Assembly: GCF_032062105.1 (NCBI RefSeq)
Contig: NW_026927880.1
Span: forward strand, 124,001-188,000
DNA from: Saccostrea cucullata
Lineage: Eukaryota
Length of the DNA: 64,000 nucleotides
Direction of reading: 5' to 3'
Shown: positions 11,595-24,960 of the stretch, in pieces
Numbering within the stretch: the first letter of the stretch is position 1
Layout: the number at the start of each line of letters is the position of its first letter
The notes under the pieces: generated by a model
What the model was told of the DNA's origin: nothing
Databases searched by the model: none
The model's input: the letters and a program-made list of their open reading frames with translations, nothing else
Program-made: the position numbers and the translations under genes

Positions 11595-12387
11595 TATGTG
11601 TGATTGGGAGATGACAGTAGAGCTTTGGGCTTACCGTAGTTGGTGCAATTGAGATAGGCAGTAAAGATTGTCTGTGTTTGTGCGAGACAGAAAAAATGGA
11701 AATTTCAAGAGTGAAAAAGCAGTAGAGAATTGAGCTTACTTCAGTTTCTGTGTGTAAAATGGTAGTAGAGATTTAGCCTATCATAGTTGGTGTCAGTGAA
11801 ATTGTAGACTAGAGATTCAAGCTTACCATAGTTTGTGTGTGTGAGATGGCAGTAGAGATTTGAGCTAACCATAGTTCAAGTGAATGAGATGGCAGTAGAG
11901 ATTTGAGCCTACCATAGTTTGTGTGAGTGAGATGGCAGAGTTAGATGGTAGTAGAGATTTGAGCTTACCATAGTTTGTATGAGTGAGATAGCAGTAGAGA
12001 TTCAAGCTTACCATAGTTTGTGTGAGTGAGATGGTAGTAGAGATTTGAGCTTACCATAGTTTGTATGAGTGAGATAGCAGTAGAGATTCAAGCTTACCAC
12101 AGTTTGTGTGAGTGAGATGGCGGCAGAGATTTGAGCTTACCATAGTTTGTGTGATATGGCAGTAGAGATTTGAGCTTACCATAGTTTGCGTGAGTGAAAT
12201 GGCAGTATAGATTTGAGCTTTACATAGCTTGAGCAAGATGGTAGTAGAGATTTGAGCTTACCATAGTTTGTATGAGTGAGATAGCAGTAGAGATTCAAGC
12301 TTACCAAAGTTTGTATGAGTGAGATGGCCGTAGAGATTTAAGCTTACCATAGTTTGAGTGAGTGAGATGGCAGTAGAGATTTGAGCA
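11595..12387. repeat. 43-bp minisatellite derived from the end of exon 8 and its splice donor (~16-18 units)
   Basis: Unit TTGAGCTTACCATAGTTTGTGTGAGTGAGATGGCAGTAGAGAT; period 43 (two 39-bp and one 56-bp variants); last unit overlaps exon 12348-12461. Confidence 0.95.
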
Positions 12388-12461
12388 GGAAGACTGGTGA
12401 CACTGTTGGAACAACTTTGTTGATCACACAATGTGGAATTAGACATGCTCTGACTGGACGA
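12348..12461 (-). CDS. NCKAP5: NCKAP5-like exon 8
   Basis: gcctttgttttcag / ATG|gtaagc; 114 nt, phase 0-0, SSSQSMSNSTLCDQQ...AISLTQTM. Confidence 0.8.
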
Positions 12462-12833
12462 CTGAAAACAAAGGCAAAAACATCATGCAAGAGAGCCATG
12501 ATACTGTAGAGAGGGTAAAAGTAGTGTAAAAACTTTTTTTTTCCCTCTGCCACTTCATAGCAATTGTCTGAATTAAACATAGAAATAAATTTTGTTTGAA
12601 AAAAAAAATTGTTCACTTTTTCATGCTTTTGTACCTTTCTGAGAGTGCAATTATATGTACACTATGACTTATTTTCCCCTTCCAGTTTTCACTAAATTTC
12701 AGAAATTTGCCACAATTTGTTTTATCTAAATGAACACTATACTGGATGTGGGTTTGGGAGGAGAACTTAACCAATCCCTTGTTTTTTAAGTAAATTACAT
12801 GGTTAGGTAGCAAGTAAACAAGCATATTAATAC

Positions 12834-12953
12834 CTTGATGAGGGCCTGAGATGAATACTGACTCTTCTGTTGAAACACATGGCTGAGCTCCATGTTTTGA
12901 TTTTCTAACTCGTTCACTTTTTTCTGAAGTTTTACGCATTCCTCTCTCAAGGT
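12834..12953 (-). CDS. NCKAP5: NCKAP5-like exon 7 (coiled coil)
   Basis: ttgacag / AAG|gtatta; TLREECVKLQKKVNELENQNMELSHVFQQK, matching the family motif DLREEC.KLK.RV..LE.QN as I recall it. Confidence 0.93.
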
Positions 12954-13251
12954 CTGTCAACAAATAAACAAATCATTAAAACTATAAAGCAAGATGATTA
13001 ACTAGAAAATTATTGATAATAAAAAGAAACTTCAATTAAACTTCACAGACAGACGAGAGAATCCCTGAAATTCTGTACCTATCTCAGGGGTTTAGAATTT
13101 TTATCTTATCTATTTCCTTTTAAATGCAGTCTGCATATGCAACTGCCTCCCTTTTTTCCAAGACATGGGATTTAATCAACATTTCCTGCTTCCCATTTTA
13201 TTGATAAGTTAAGACTCCAAAAGCACTCCAGGGATACTAAGTAGTCATTAC

Positions 13252-13419
13252 CTTCTGAGCCAGTAAAGCTTGGACCACTTGGTTGGCGATTTCGTCCAGA
13301 CATTTCTCGTACTGTTGCCGTTGTTGTTCATTCTCTAGAACTAAGGAGGAATTCTCCGCCTCCAGCATCTTAAGCCTCTCCAAGAGGAGTTTGGATCGCT
13401 CGTCTGTCTTACCATCCAT
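13252..13419 (-). CDS. NCKAP5: NCKAP5-like exon 6 (family signature coiled coil)
   Basis: ttacccccag / AAG|gtaatg; LLERLKMLEAENSSLVLENEQQRQQYEKCLDEIANQVVQALLAQK, close to vertebrate NCKAP5 as recalled. Confidence 0.95.
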
Positions 13420-14090
13420 CTGGGGGTAAAAAAATGAGAAATAAAAATCAACATGCTACATCAGCAAACAATTCCCATAATAAAAGATTAAATAACCTGT
13501 CCGTGCCTTGAAGAAAAAATTCTCACACTAATAAAACTTTTTTAAACAAAAAAGGCTATAAAATAACAGATTTCTTCTCTTATCAAGTAAAAAATCCGAC
13601 TATATTTGTTGAATTGTAACTGAATGCGCTTGAAGGCTTTGCTGATGTTTCCGTTCAAGTAGGTCTATCTTAAATGAAATCTATAAATAAGGTTTTGCAA
13701 AATATGTGCATGCATGCAGGCATTACCTGAACTATGAATTTAAAGCCATGCTGAAATTTCACGTTTACCCCTAGTCAATTCCTTAATCAAACACTTGATG
13801 CCAAGAGGCATGCCAAAGTGCCCTGCTTGCAATATATTGAAAATGATTATGTTTGGAGAAAATGGCACATAATTCAGAGGGACATTAAAGAGTCTTTGCT
13901 TTTTCCTTCACAGAAAAACAACCATTAAGCAATCAAATGAATTCTTTAAGATAAAACTGCAAAATCACCTAGTCAAGACTCCATAGGCCAAAGTTCTAGA
14001 GCCTTTTTAAACAAAAGACTAGAGAAATAGCTGACAAACACAAAATATTTCCTACTTCTTCTTATCACACAGGTGTAAAATATATCTCAC

Positions 14091-14180
14091 CTGGGTCTTG
14101 AATCTCTTGACATCATTCAGAAGCATCATGTTCTCTCTTTCTAGGTTACTGATGTAATTCCTATACTTCTGTAGGTTGCT
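14091..14180 (-). CDS. NCKAP5: NCKAP5-like exon 5
   Basis: atttctacag / CAG|gtgaga; 90 nt SNLQKYRNYISNLERENMMLLNDVKRFKTQ. Confidence 0.88.
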
Positions 14181-14287
14181 CTGTAGAAATAAATCAAGAG
14201 ATATCAAAGATAAGATTACCACTGCCATCTGTTTTCATCCTATCGTTTGTATCGCACCTGTGTTTTTAAGGTCTACAGGACAATTAC

Positions 14288-14378
14288 CTCATACGTGATG
14301 GACAGGCTAGACTTCTCCTGCTTCATCTGTTCTATCTTGGTCTTATACTGCATCATACTTTTCACCATTTCCTCCATC
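14288..14378 (-). CDS. NCKAP5: NCKAP5-like exon 4
   Basis: ctttgtttcag / GAG|gtaatt; phase 2-0; MEEMVKSMMQYKTKIEQMKQEK. Confidence 0.9.
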
Positions 14379-14825
14379 CTGAAACAAAGGAATCAAACCA
14401 TGTCAGCCATTCCTGAAGGAAAACTGGGGGATTCAACACAGGAGTGCTTTGTCAGGAAGTGCCCCATGCAGCTGACACTCTTACACTCCCCATAAATTAA
14501 CATCAACACTGTCTCTAGTGTCTAACTGCTCAATCTTACAGACCACAGTGAACAAAGTTATATGGAAATAAAATGGGATAAATTCCAAGCATTGCTCTCA
14601 AAAACTTACTCCCTTTTAATGTCACTAGTAAATGTTCAATTCTCTACACAATAATGAATTAACAATTGCAGTGCTTGTGGGTAGATCTCGATAATAAATA
14701 TATAAATTTATACCAAACCTTTCAAAGAATCCTCCCACAGACTGATAAATCAGAAGTCAGTGCAGGTATATATCAGACAGCTATTAAACTGTTTACACAT
14801 GTCTACAAGATGAATACACTAAGTA

Positions 14826-15012
14826 CAGTGGACCCTCATTTATCCGGACGCTTTGGTTCCCAGTCAATTTGTCCGGATATGTGAAGCATCCGGATATATG
14901 AATCACCAGTTAAACAAGACAGAATAACATTTTAAAATTTCGTTCCGATGAAAAATCGTCCGGATACTGAAGCATCCAGATATCTGGCGTACGGATATCT
15001 GAAGGTCCACTG
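14826..15012. mobile_element. Tc1/pogo (Tigger-like) MITE, 187 bp
   Basis: TA|cagtggacc ... ggtccactg|TA; internal repeated TCCGGATA. Confidence 0.85.
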
Positions 15013-17881
15013 TATTTAAAATTTCTTTAAAAGATTAGAACTCTTAGTTCCAGTCCCAGGATCATATAATTAATAATTTTTGTCAATGCTTTCCGGTGGT
15101 CAAGCGGTCAGGTTCCATTATAAGAAATGAAAACAAGATTAACCCTATCAAACCCTCAAAGTAATGTATGCCAAGCTTTGAAGTAGCATCTGGGACACAA
15201 GAACAATTAGCAGAAAACACACCTGTGAATTTCTAATCCTGGATAATATCTTTGTTATCAAAAAGTCTCAGAACGTTCCGTTCAGTTTAAATAATAAATA
15301 TCTGTTGACACAAGGACTTCATTACTGCTATAACTGGAAGTGCAGTTCTCCAATCCTTACACAATGCCACTTAAAGGTTCCATTCACGACTTGTATTTTT
15401 CTGATACAACCCTCCTAAACTATCGTATCTACTTTCCACAGAAGATAAGTATATAGGTGTCACACAGTGTAGAGTAAATTAGCACATGTCACAAAACTCT
15501 AACCGAGACTCGTAACACATAAATGTTTTTTTTAAATTTTCCCGTTGACAATCTGTCACCTACACAATCAAAACATATCCTACTGGCACACTTGACATTG
15601 AAAAGATTCCTTAATTTGCAATCCAAATTTTAAACACAAAATAGAAAACATCTGAAAATGAGTTCCTTTCATAATACATTATCTTCCTTCCAAGCAGTTT
15701 ATATATACCCAACATTAGGGGGAAGCGTAATCTGTAAGTCTTCATCGAATCCTCCCCTCACTGTTTTACTTCTAACAGAGTGAAGTCGTGATATAAATAC
15801 ACTTTTCTTTACAGAATTTATTGATAAAACGTTTTATGATTTTCCCACTTGAACCCTGGATAGATCTTCTATTGAAGGACGGATTGAGTCCATACATAGA
15901 ACTAACAACACGATATCAAGGCGGCAGATAAAATTGTGATTCCCTGCAAGATGCAACCCATACTGACTCATTTCAAAAAACTAAGTAATTCTCTTGTGCT
16001 TCCTCCAAATTCATGCCTTTTCAATTACATTTCCAACTGCTTTAATTAAATATAAACATGCAGCAAACACATCTGATTCAAAGGATTTATGTCAACATGA
16101 ATCAAACTTAAATAATTAAATGATCAAAGGGGGATTTACCTTTCACCTGAACTCCCCGACATTTCTTCAACATGTACATCCATCACAAATTATAAATTGC
16201 ATGACACATACATCACACTGTTAACAAAGGTGTGAAACATTTCCAGGTGGTTGGAGCAGGTTATTATTATTAAGAAATTTCTTAATAATTGGATGATATG
16301 TCTCTATGATTAAAATCCATGCAGGTATAGAGGAGAAAAAACATTGAAACTGGGACAGGCCTGAAACAAGATACTTGTAAATCATAAGCACTTCATTGTT
16401 GACAATTGCCAAGGATATTCCACTCTAGGCACCTAAATGTTCGCTACCATAACCTGGACTTCAAACAGAACACAATAAAATGTATTGGCTTTGTTTGCTC
16501 TGATTCTACAGAGAGATACCAATGAGATTAAAGCAGTAGATTTGTTTACATCAAAATATTAACCCAGATAATTGATTATGTTTACTGCCACTAACATACT
16601 ATTCACTGCAATAACAGAAGAAACAGAAGAATTAAGGAGGACATGAATTCAGACAATTCCCAATGCATGGAGCTTTATATGATACTCTATAGAGAACAAG
16701 GAACATGCATGAACTGAACAATTCAATTGGCAAAACTTCCAATTCTTAAGTGTATTTGGTTCAAACAATCTACTGGCCTCTGGGTAGATTCTAGTGATAT
16801 AGTGCATTAGATATCATCCAATAATTAGGTCAAAGACAAGGTAACCAACAGACTATGTAAGCTGTGAACAATCTCAACAGAAACACATATCATTACATCA
16901 CAAACAAAACATCATAAGCATTCCTTGCCAACATTTTCTTCTTTGGCCTTGGTGATAAAAACAAGTTCAGTTTACATATAAAAAGGTCAGTTTGCTCCTT
17001 TGGGGGAAATAAAGTAAACGAACGAAATACAAATATTATCACCCCCCAAACCTTCTCAGATTCCACATCAAGTATTAAAAATTCCCTTGACCAGCTAGGA
17101 GCTATAAATAAGTAAAAGCTGCATCATTAAACAAACACTAGATCATCCTGAAGTATTCTTTGTATATACTACACACTGAGTGATCATCACTGGAAACTAG
17201 ATAATGGCCACAAACTTCCAGGGGGAAAAATACAAGTCCGCCTTTGTGGAGCCATACAAACTTGACACAAACCATTTTTCCTCCCTCTCAAATAGGGCAG
17301 GAATTCTATAGCCCGAAAGAAAGGGAATGGACATTCATTCAGATTTCTCCTACCCATCAAATCTATTTATCCATCAACTTTATCTTACAATTAGATTCTG
17401 CTTTGAAGGACTTGGAAATAAATTGTTGATTTTCTGTCATTATAGATCACACAGTTTTGGCCAATCTGCCAACATTTGGTATAATACACTTAATTTGGGA
17501 TAATATGTTTTGCGTGCAGATAACTACAGTTCTTCTCCTAGTGCCACTGTAATTCAATTTATTGTAATCTATCAAGGCAGTAGTCTACATTGATCTAAAA
17601 GATAATATCTACATGTTCTATAACAGTCACAAGAAAAACCCGAGAATATATTCTAATTTGCAAGTCAACTAGAAATACATCGATCACGGGATATGGAGAC
17701 ACCACAATATTGTTGTGTACGGCAATTTCTAAACTTTTTCACCTGTTGTGAGCTAAATCTATAATACATTTTTTTTGAACCTCGCAAAAAAGAAAAACCT
17801 TTCTTTTAATCCTTTTCAACTTGATGTCACTTGTGTGCTGAGTTAAAATACTTGTCTTTGGACATTGCCTTGACTACTCAC

Positions 17882-18018
17882 TTTTTGAACTCGCCCTGTA
17901 AGGACTGGAGCCGAATCTGACAATTCTCGCTCTCGGTGGTCATATCTTTCAGCCTTTTTTCCGCTTCATGCCTTAACATTCTCTCCTGCTCCACTTCCTT
18001 CAGTAAAGGAGCCTCCTT
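17882..18018 (-). CDS. NCKAP5: NCKAP5-like exon 3 (coiled coil)
   Basis: ttttgttttcag / AA|gtgagt; phase 0-2; KEAPLLKEVEQERMLRHEAEKRLKDMTTESENCQIRLQSLQGEFK. Confidence 0.92.
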
Positions 18019-20901
18019 CTGAAAACAAAACCAAGAGAGATGACTTCATAACCCATCAAAACCATTGGGACACTATACAATTTATTAATTCTGCAGATCA
18101 GGTCAATTGAGTCATATTCTATTTCTCTGAGTAAAAATTTTCATACTAAAACTCAGTATTGTAACACTAATTTCTGAAATGCGGCATTTTATTTTGAGTT
18201 ATGTTTTATTAATGCATTGGATATGCAACAAGCCCAAAAACTGATAGCATCGCTGTTTTACAGTGCATCAGAACACAATCATCTTGTATTTTGTAGGAGT
18301 TTTCCACGGCAGCGTTTTGCAGGTCTAATTGTGTGGGGCAGATGCTCTTACAAATAACGATAAACTGTGACTGACAGACAAGTGCTGCAATATCAGCTGC
18401 TGAATCGACTGGGGTCCGATATTCCCATGCATTCTGTTTTTGTCCTCTCTGTGGCTTGATGGGTATTGACTGGTTATGAAATATTATGTTTACTTTTATA
18501 CAGTATACATTGATTTTTGTCCCCTTGATCTCTTGGAAAGTTGACCTGTGATCGGAGGAGGGAGATGGGATTACTGCTAATTAGCGATAGTAGGCCGCAA
18601 AATTAAATCAAGTCTTCTGATATTTGTGCCATTAAATAGATTAATTTGTCATAAAAAGCATTTACTTTGAAAATTAATACAAACAGAGGAAAATTGAGCT
18701 AACATAATTTCATTACAAACATTTTGAGAACTTGCTGCAATTTTATTTTGCTAATACACATTGACTCTATGTATCTGAATAACAAGACCAGACAAATTAT
18801 TGACAGTAGCAAACATACTGGTAAGTAAAAAGCTTATATGAATTTCACATTCCATTCACACAACAGATTGAGCTTCAGATCAATGATTGTGGGTATTAAC
18901 CTCATAAAATGACAATAACCGTTTTCTGCTTTGTTCTAGGGATTAGCAGCTATTTACTTCACTTCCAGCCAGCTGATGAACATTTTTGCAAGATGAGCAT
19001 AAAATGTAACACAAACATCTCTGGATCAAGTTGTTGGATCATTAACAAACTTGGCCCATAGACACTTCAGAAACAGCAGCCAAAGTTGATAATTGATCCG
19101 GAGGTACCACACACACTGAGTAAGGACAATGTTTGAACAGAACCTTGGGGCTGGAATTTCAGAAATCTTCCTCACATCATCAACAAGTCACTATAGTGCC
19201 AGGCTTTTTTTTTTAGCATCAGCACTGTAAATTATATTTCCTACCTCAACTTAAACCCCCAGATTTTCAATGTGTCCCATGTTGTAAGCACTCAGAGGGG
19301 CCTCAGTTAACTCCTCTATTGAAAGATCCTCCATGACCTCACAGAGCTAATGGACAGAAACCAAACACCAACCTCTTTTTCTGCTATTTAATGTTACATT
19401 TTTTTTGTCTTTGATGATTGAAAGAAAATACTTAGCATTTCCTCTATTCTGACCACACACAGAAGTTACAGTTAAATAATCAATCTCTTGTAATTCCCAC
19501 AAAATCATTAAGAAAGAATCACTGTGAACTAAAGACCTTTTGAACCGTTTTCTAAATGGGGACACAGGAAAACAGATCGTAATTGCCTCCTAATGTTTAT
19601 AAGCACACTTGGTCTCTGTTTTGTTGTTTGCTTTTACTGCCTCGTGGCTTAAAAAACGAGAGAAATATATCACACAAAGGGCCTGAATGTGTTTTATCTC
19701 TAACAAAATAATTTGCAGTGAAAAATAATTGTGCCCCACTCAGCTGCATAAGAAGCTATAGTATGACCAATTTATCAGATAACCTTCAAAATCTGAAGTT
19801 CTCTTCATGTAATGGAATATAAACAGACAAAGACATGAGACAAATAATTTAACCAATTTCTCAGAACTAGCAGAATGTACAATAAGGTACTTGAGAGGCC
19901 AAATGTATGGCTTGCAGGAAATGCAATTGGCTGTTTGAACTAATACTGACAAATTGCAATTTTAGATCTTTGTTTTAGATAACTGAAACTGCATATGGTG
20001 GAACGTGTAATGTAAACTAATTCAACTGTAGGAAAATGATAAACTCTGCATTTGATACCTGTAATTTACTATACAGGCATCTGGTATTCAGAAAAAAGAA
20101 AAGGAAAAACTGTTCATTCTCAATAGCAAAAAAAATTATTTCCTATTGTTGTAGATTTTTTTTCTTCAACTGTACATGTTCCTGACTAATGGTTATGCTT
20201 TAATCATGACATATGCTTTGACAATTAATTGTTCTTTTCATACCATAACCTCCATATCAAAAGGTCATTCGTTAATTTATATGCTATTATTTTTCATACA
20301 ACTAAAGATTGAATCAACACAACAAGTCATTTACACAATAAACATTGGAGGAATAAGGGCCTGGGGATAAAATCAACCCATTTCAGAAAAAAATCCAATT
20401 TTTGACACTGTGAACTAAATTAACAAAAAATTAATGTATTTTTAATGTGAACTTATCGACATTCTGCCCCGATCATTTAACCTACTGTATTTATGATAAG
20501 GTGAATCCCCGATGAATAAATCATACACGATAAATTACAAAACAATCTAATATCAAAGCCCCCAAGCTTTTGGAGGTTAACTGATCTCAAATTAGCCAAT
20601 GTTAAAAAAGACCATAGCTAATTAAGGTCAAAAGTTCACACCCATCTCTTACTCTTCCGATAACCCGCTTTTCCACCCTCCCTCCTTTTTTTTTTTTATT
20701 AATCTGGATCTGGCCAATGATGAAACATAGCTGTATTTTAGGCACACATAGCAAGAAATATTGCTTACTGTTAATGAGTAATTCAGCCCACAAAACCATA
20801 AAACATACCCTTTATATCATTTGAATATACAAAGCCAAAATTTAATCATCAATAGATTTTAAATATGGGGAAAAAAATATCCCTGGTCAATGTAATGATT
20901 T

Positions 20902-20902
<1 letters not shown>

Positions 20903-20937
<35 letters not shown>

Positions 20938-21925
20938 CACTAACCGTAGGAAAAAGTAGAAAATGGCTTTTTATTGTAAAGTTTAAATCCAAAAGTAGTC
21001 CCATGACCAATCATGGATTTGCTATTTTTTAGAAAATGATTTTTAAAGAATTTTCCTATATATATCTTTAAAAACTTTGGTCGGCCATTTTGGCCCGGCC
21101 CTACCCCTGGGGGTCATGATTTGAACAAATTTGAATCTACACTATTTGAGCATGCTTCCATATATATATATGATGAATTATGGCTTTGTCATTCTTGAGA
21201 AGAAGATGTTTAAAGAATTTTCCAATATATTTCTATGTAAAACTTTGGTCGGCCATTTTGGCCCCGCCCTACCCCGGGGGGTCATCATTTGAACAAACTT
21301 GAAACTACACTACTTGAGCATACTTCCATATATATATGATGAATTATGGCTTTGTCATTCTTGAGAAGAAGATGTTTAAAGAATTTTCCTATATCTTTCT
21401 ATGTAAAACTTTGGTCGGCCATTTTGGCCCCGCCCTACCCCGGGGGGTCATCATTTGAACAAACTTGAAACTACACTACCTGAGCATGCTTCCATATATA
21501 TATGATGAATTATGGCTTTGTCATTCTTGAGAAGAAGATTTTTAAAGAATTTTCCTATATATTTCTATGTAAAACTTTGGTCGGCCATTTTGGCCCCGCC
21601 CTACCCCCGGGGGGTCATGATTTGAACAAACTTGAATCTACACCACCTGAACATGCTCCATATAAATATGATGAATTATGGCTTTGTCATTCTTGGGAAG
21701 AAGATTTTTAAAGAATTTTCCTATATATTTCTATGTAAAACTTTGGTCGGCCATTTTGGCCCCGCCCTACCCCCGGGGGTCGTGATTTGAACAAACTTGA
21801 ATCTACACTACCTGAGGATGTTTCTCCATATGTTTCATCTTTTCTGGCACAGTGGTTCTTGAGAAGAAGATTTTTAAAATATGCCACCAAATTTTCATTA
21901 ATTCCCAATTATCTCCCCTTGAATG

Positions 21926-21971
<46 letters not shown>

Positions 21972-21984
21972 TGATACTTTGTGG

Positions 21985-22015
<31 letters not shown>

Positions 22016-22086
22016 TGAGAAGAAGTCAAAAATGTGAAAAGTTTACAGACAGACAGACAGACGGACAGACTGACGCCGGACAAAAT

Positions 22087-22132
<46 letters not shown>
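20903..22132 (-). mobile_element. Helentron-like non-autonomous element (HINE) with internal 166-bp satellite array
   Basis: Subterminal IRs GCTCACCTGAG/CTCAGGTGAGC, end palindrome GGCCCATGGGCC, (GACA/GACG)n microsatellite at ~22045-22070, T-run insertion site. Confidence 0.92.
21010..21880. repeat. 166-bp tandem repeat, ~5 copies, Cg170/HindIII-like oyster satellite
   Basis: ACTTTGGTCGGCC recurs at 21074, 21242, 21408, 21574, 21740; family assignment rests on monomer length and element context. Confidence 0.88.
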
Positions 22133-22134
<2 letters not shown>

Positions 22135-24960
22135 GGCAAATTATCTTCCAATTATGTCCCTTTAATGTTTAATGACATCATTGCATGGATGTACATGTGT
22201 ATCTGTATATGCATAATTGAGTACATGTATTGGCATTTTGAAGTGGAGGTACCAAAGAGTTTGCAAGTCATTTTGTATCTTAGTGTTACATTGGCAATTG
22301 AGTCAAAGTGGTTTTTGAAAATTCAGTAAACTTATGGACAATCAATTTTCTGTTAACAATCACTCCAAAAGGACACAGCTCTAAATCAAAATATTGAATT
22401 CACATGAATTAGAGCTTTTATAAAATGAAATATGGATTACTCATAGGCACCGACACATCTTATCATAGTGTACCATCATAGCTAAAGCATTCATAAGTCA
22501 TCATAGCAGTGATTCAACTCACTTCCAGAAACTCACTCTATCATGTGATTGTCTAAAAGAAAAAAAATTTCCTATGTTGCTGGTTCCTCTCTATGTAACT
22601 TTTTTTCTCCAATAAAGTCTATTATCAAATTACTTTTTGTGAAATTAAAAAGCTTTTTCAAAAACCTTGCAATGAGCATACCAGTTTATTTTAAGTTGAC
22701 AAAGATCTCCCACTGCAACCATTAATAATAAATTTTGTGAGCTTCTTTCCACAATCAGTGAAAAAACCTACACACCGCTTCATTATTAAATTTGATCTGT
22801 TCATCAGTTGGAATTAAAATCACATGAAGATGAAGATAAAAGCAAACAGAAGCTGCTGCTAGGGATGAATCACCAGGTAGTTATTATCTGGATATGCATC
22901 AAAGCTTCGGTCCTCTTTGTCACGCGTAGCCAGGCCAGGCCTATTGTTCAATGTGATGACAGAAGTCCGCATGATATCATATTGCTCGCTTTAATGCTAT
23001 GCAAATAACAGGTTAGCTACCATGCACAGGTGAAAAAATTCAAAACCATGGAGACAAAGAGATTATCTTGCACCAAAAATTGATTTTCAGACCAAAAAAT
23101 CTTATTTCTAATTATCTCACAAGATTTTGATATTAAATGTATCTCTCCAGAAAATTACTAAAGCTTTCATAGCTGATCTAGTCATCTACCATGAACACCA
23201 GAAACAAACCATAACCTTTGAAAGGCCTGATAAAGCTAGGAGGATAATATGGGTATCAGAGCATCTTCCTGGGGATGATTCATCCTTTTACCTGCATCAT
23301 CAATTATGCTTAAATGTGGCCTAGAGAAATCTCACTTTAATTAAACCCGGCCATAATTAGCAGCGAATGTGTTATCTGGCCAACAAAGTAAAGCACCCTT
23401 CCCTCCATACCCCAGGGCTTTATGGTAAAGCTCTGGTGGGGGAGGCATTCATCTTTTTCCTCCATTACCTTATCTTAATCTAATAGACTTGGTCTTTCAA
23501 GTGGTATAGCTCTTTAATCAATGTTATCACAGTTTCTGAGAAATTATCCACTTTCCATTGGAATTATAAAGACGAATTTTTAAGATGATTAACAAATACA
23601 CCAATGAGCAGATTAACACTGTTTCCTGTATCATACATTTTCTTTGATGGTTATAGCACAATGAAGCTTATCTGAAAATTATATACCCCTGGTATGCATT
23701 GATCAGAGCCTCTATATTGATCAGATAAAAAATGCTGCATAAACTTATATACTGAAAATAATGAATGCATGATTATTGATACCAGGCAAATTAATTGTTT
23801 TTGTTTTTTTAACTTTTTGCAGTTTTTACTTGTAGTGCAAATTGTTGTACATGTATTTTATAGTAACAGAAAATTTGCAATTTTTGTTTTTTGGTTCATG
23901 CAATTTGATCAACTTCTGTGAAGGCAACAATTTTTCATTCCTTCACAAATGCAAGGAAGACTAGAAGCCAACCAAAGAATTGTCAACTTCTTCACAATGA
24001 ATAACCCTATCTATTACCAATGCTGCAATTGGAAGCTGTTTTGTGAAGAAAAGAAATAAATGGATTAGCATCCTAAATTTTTTTTAAAAAATAATACGAT
24101 ATTAAAACAGAAAACATAGAATACCAAGGACAAAAAGCACCTGAATCAACAATAAAAGAAATGACACTTGAAGGGGAGGATTCACAACATTTAAGTATCT
24201 CTAACCTTAAGGGCATTCCTATTAATCCTCCAGTGATGTTCGCTTGAAATACAAAATGGAAGAACATTTCAATACAATGTATCACCTAATCAATCTCAAA
24301 ACTGGTGTGTGTGTATCATTTCCTGTCAAGAAAATCTGGTCATCTTGGAAAAATCTCAAGGTAACATTGTACCAAAAGTCAGAGCCAATTTCCCTCACCA
24401 AGAGAATTTATTCTGAGCATCAGGAATTGAAATGTCAGAAACTGACGGGTAATCTTGTCTGTAAGATGTTTGCAACAGATCCGGATGTCAAGAGTCAGGT
24501 CATAGTCACCTCTACTCTTTCCTGACTGGACAAGGCTTTTGCAGAAGACATTCTCTACTTTACATAAGTCAGTCGATAAGTTCTCATCTTCCAGCAGAAG
24601 ACCTAATTAGCAAGACTGACAGAACTGTCAAAAAGGCTTGTCCATCCTTGTCAAAAAAAGAACGTCTGACAAAGAATCGGCAAATCAACACTAATGCATT
24701 CATTGCTGCACATGCCTGCAGAATATGTTTGCACAAAAAATTGGAGAACAAAGACAATTTGGATAATTCTATTGAGCAAAAGTGTCCTGTCTCCTTACTG
24801 ATAACAAGATTAATTATGACTGCAAATGAATCATTGTTGACTTTGCAATCATCTCCAAACTTTGCTTTCTTTACTCTGAATTCAATTAAAAAGGTGAGTA
24901 ATGATGCTTTGTTATAGAGTAGTTCAGCCTGGTCATAAAGACAGCATACAAAATTCACAG

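Noticed and set aside
11595-12387. CRISPR-like array
   Set aside because: Units are contiguous with no unique spacers, there are no cas genes, and the context is eukaryotic
12613-12963. 116-aa ORF as listed in the track
   Set aside because: Wrong frame; the NCKAP5-matching exon (12834-12953) is in another frame
21502-22125. ORFs within the 166-bp array
   Set aside because: Incidental frames of a non-coding satellite; no Rep/helicase motifs
24244-24958. Overlapping 89-124 aa ORFs
   Set aside because: No recognisable domain or coherent splice structure
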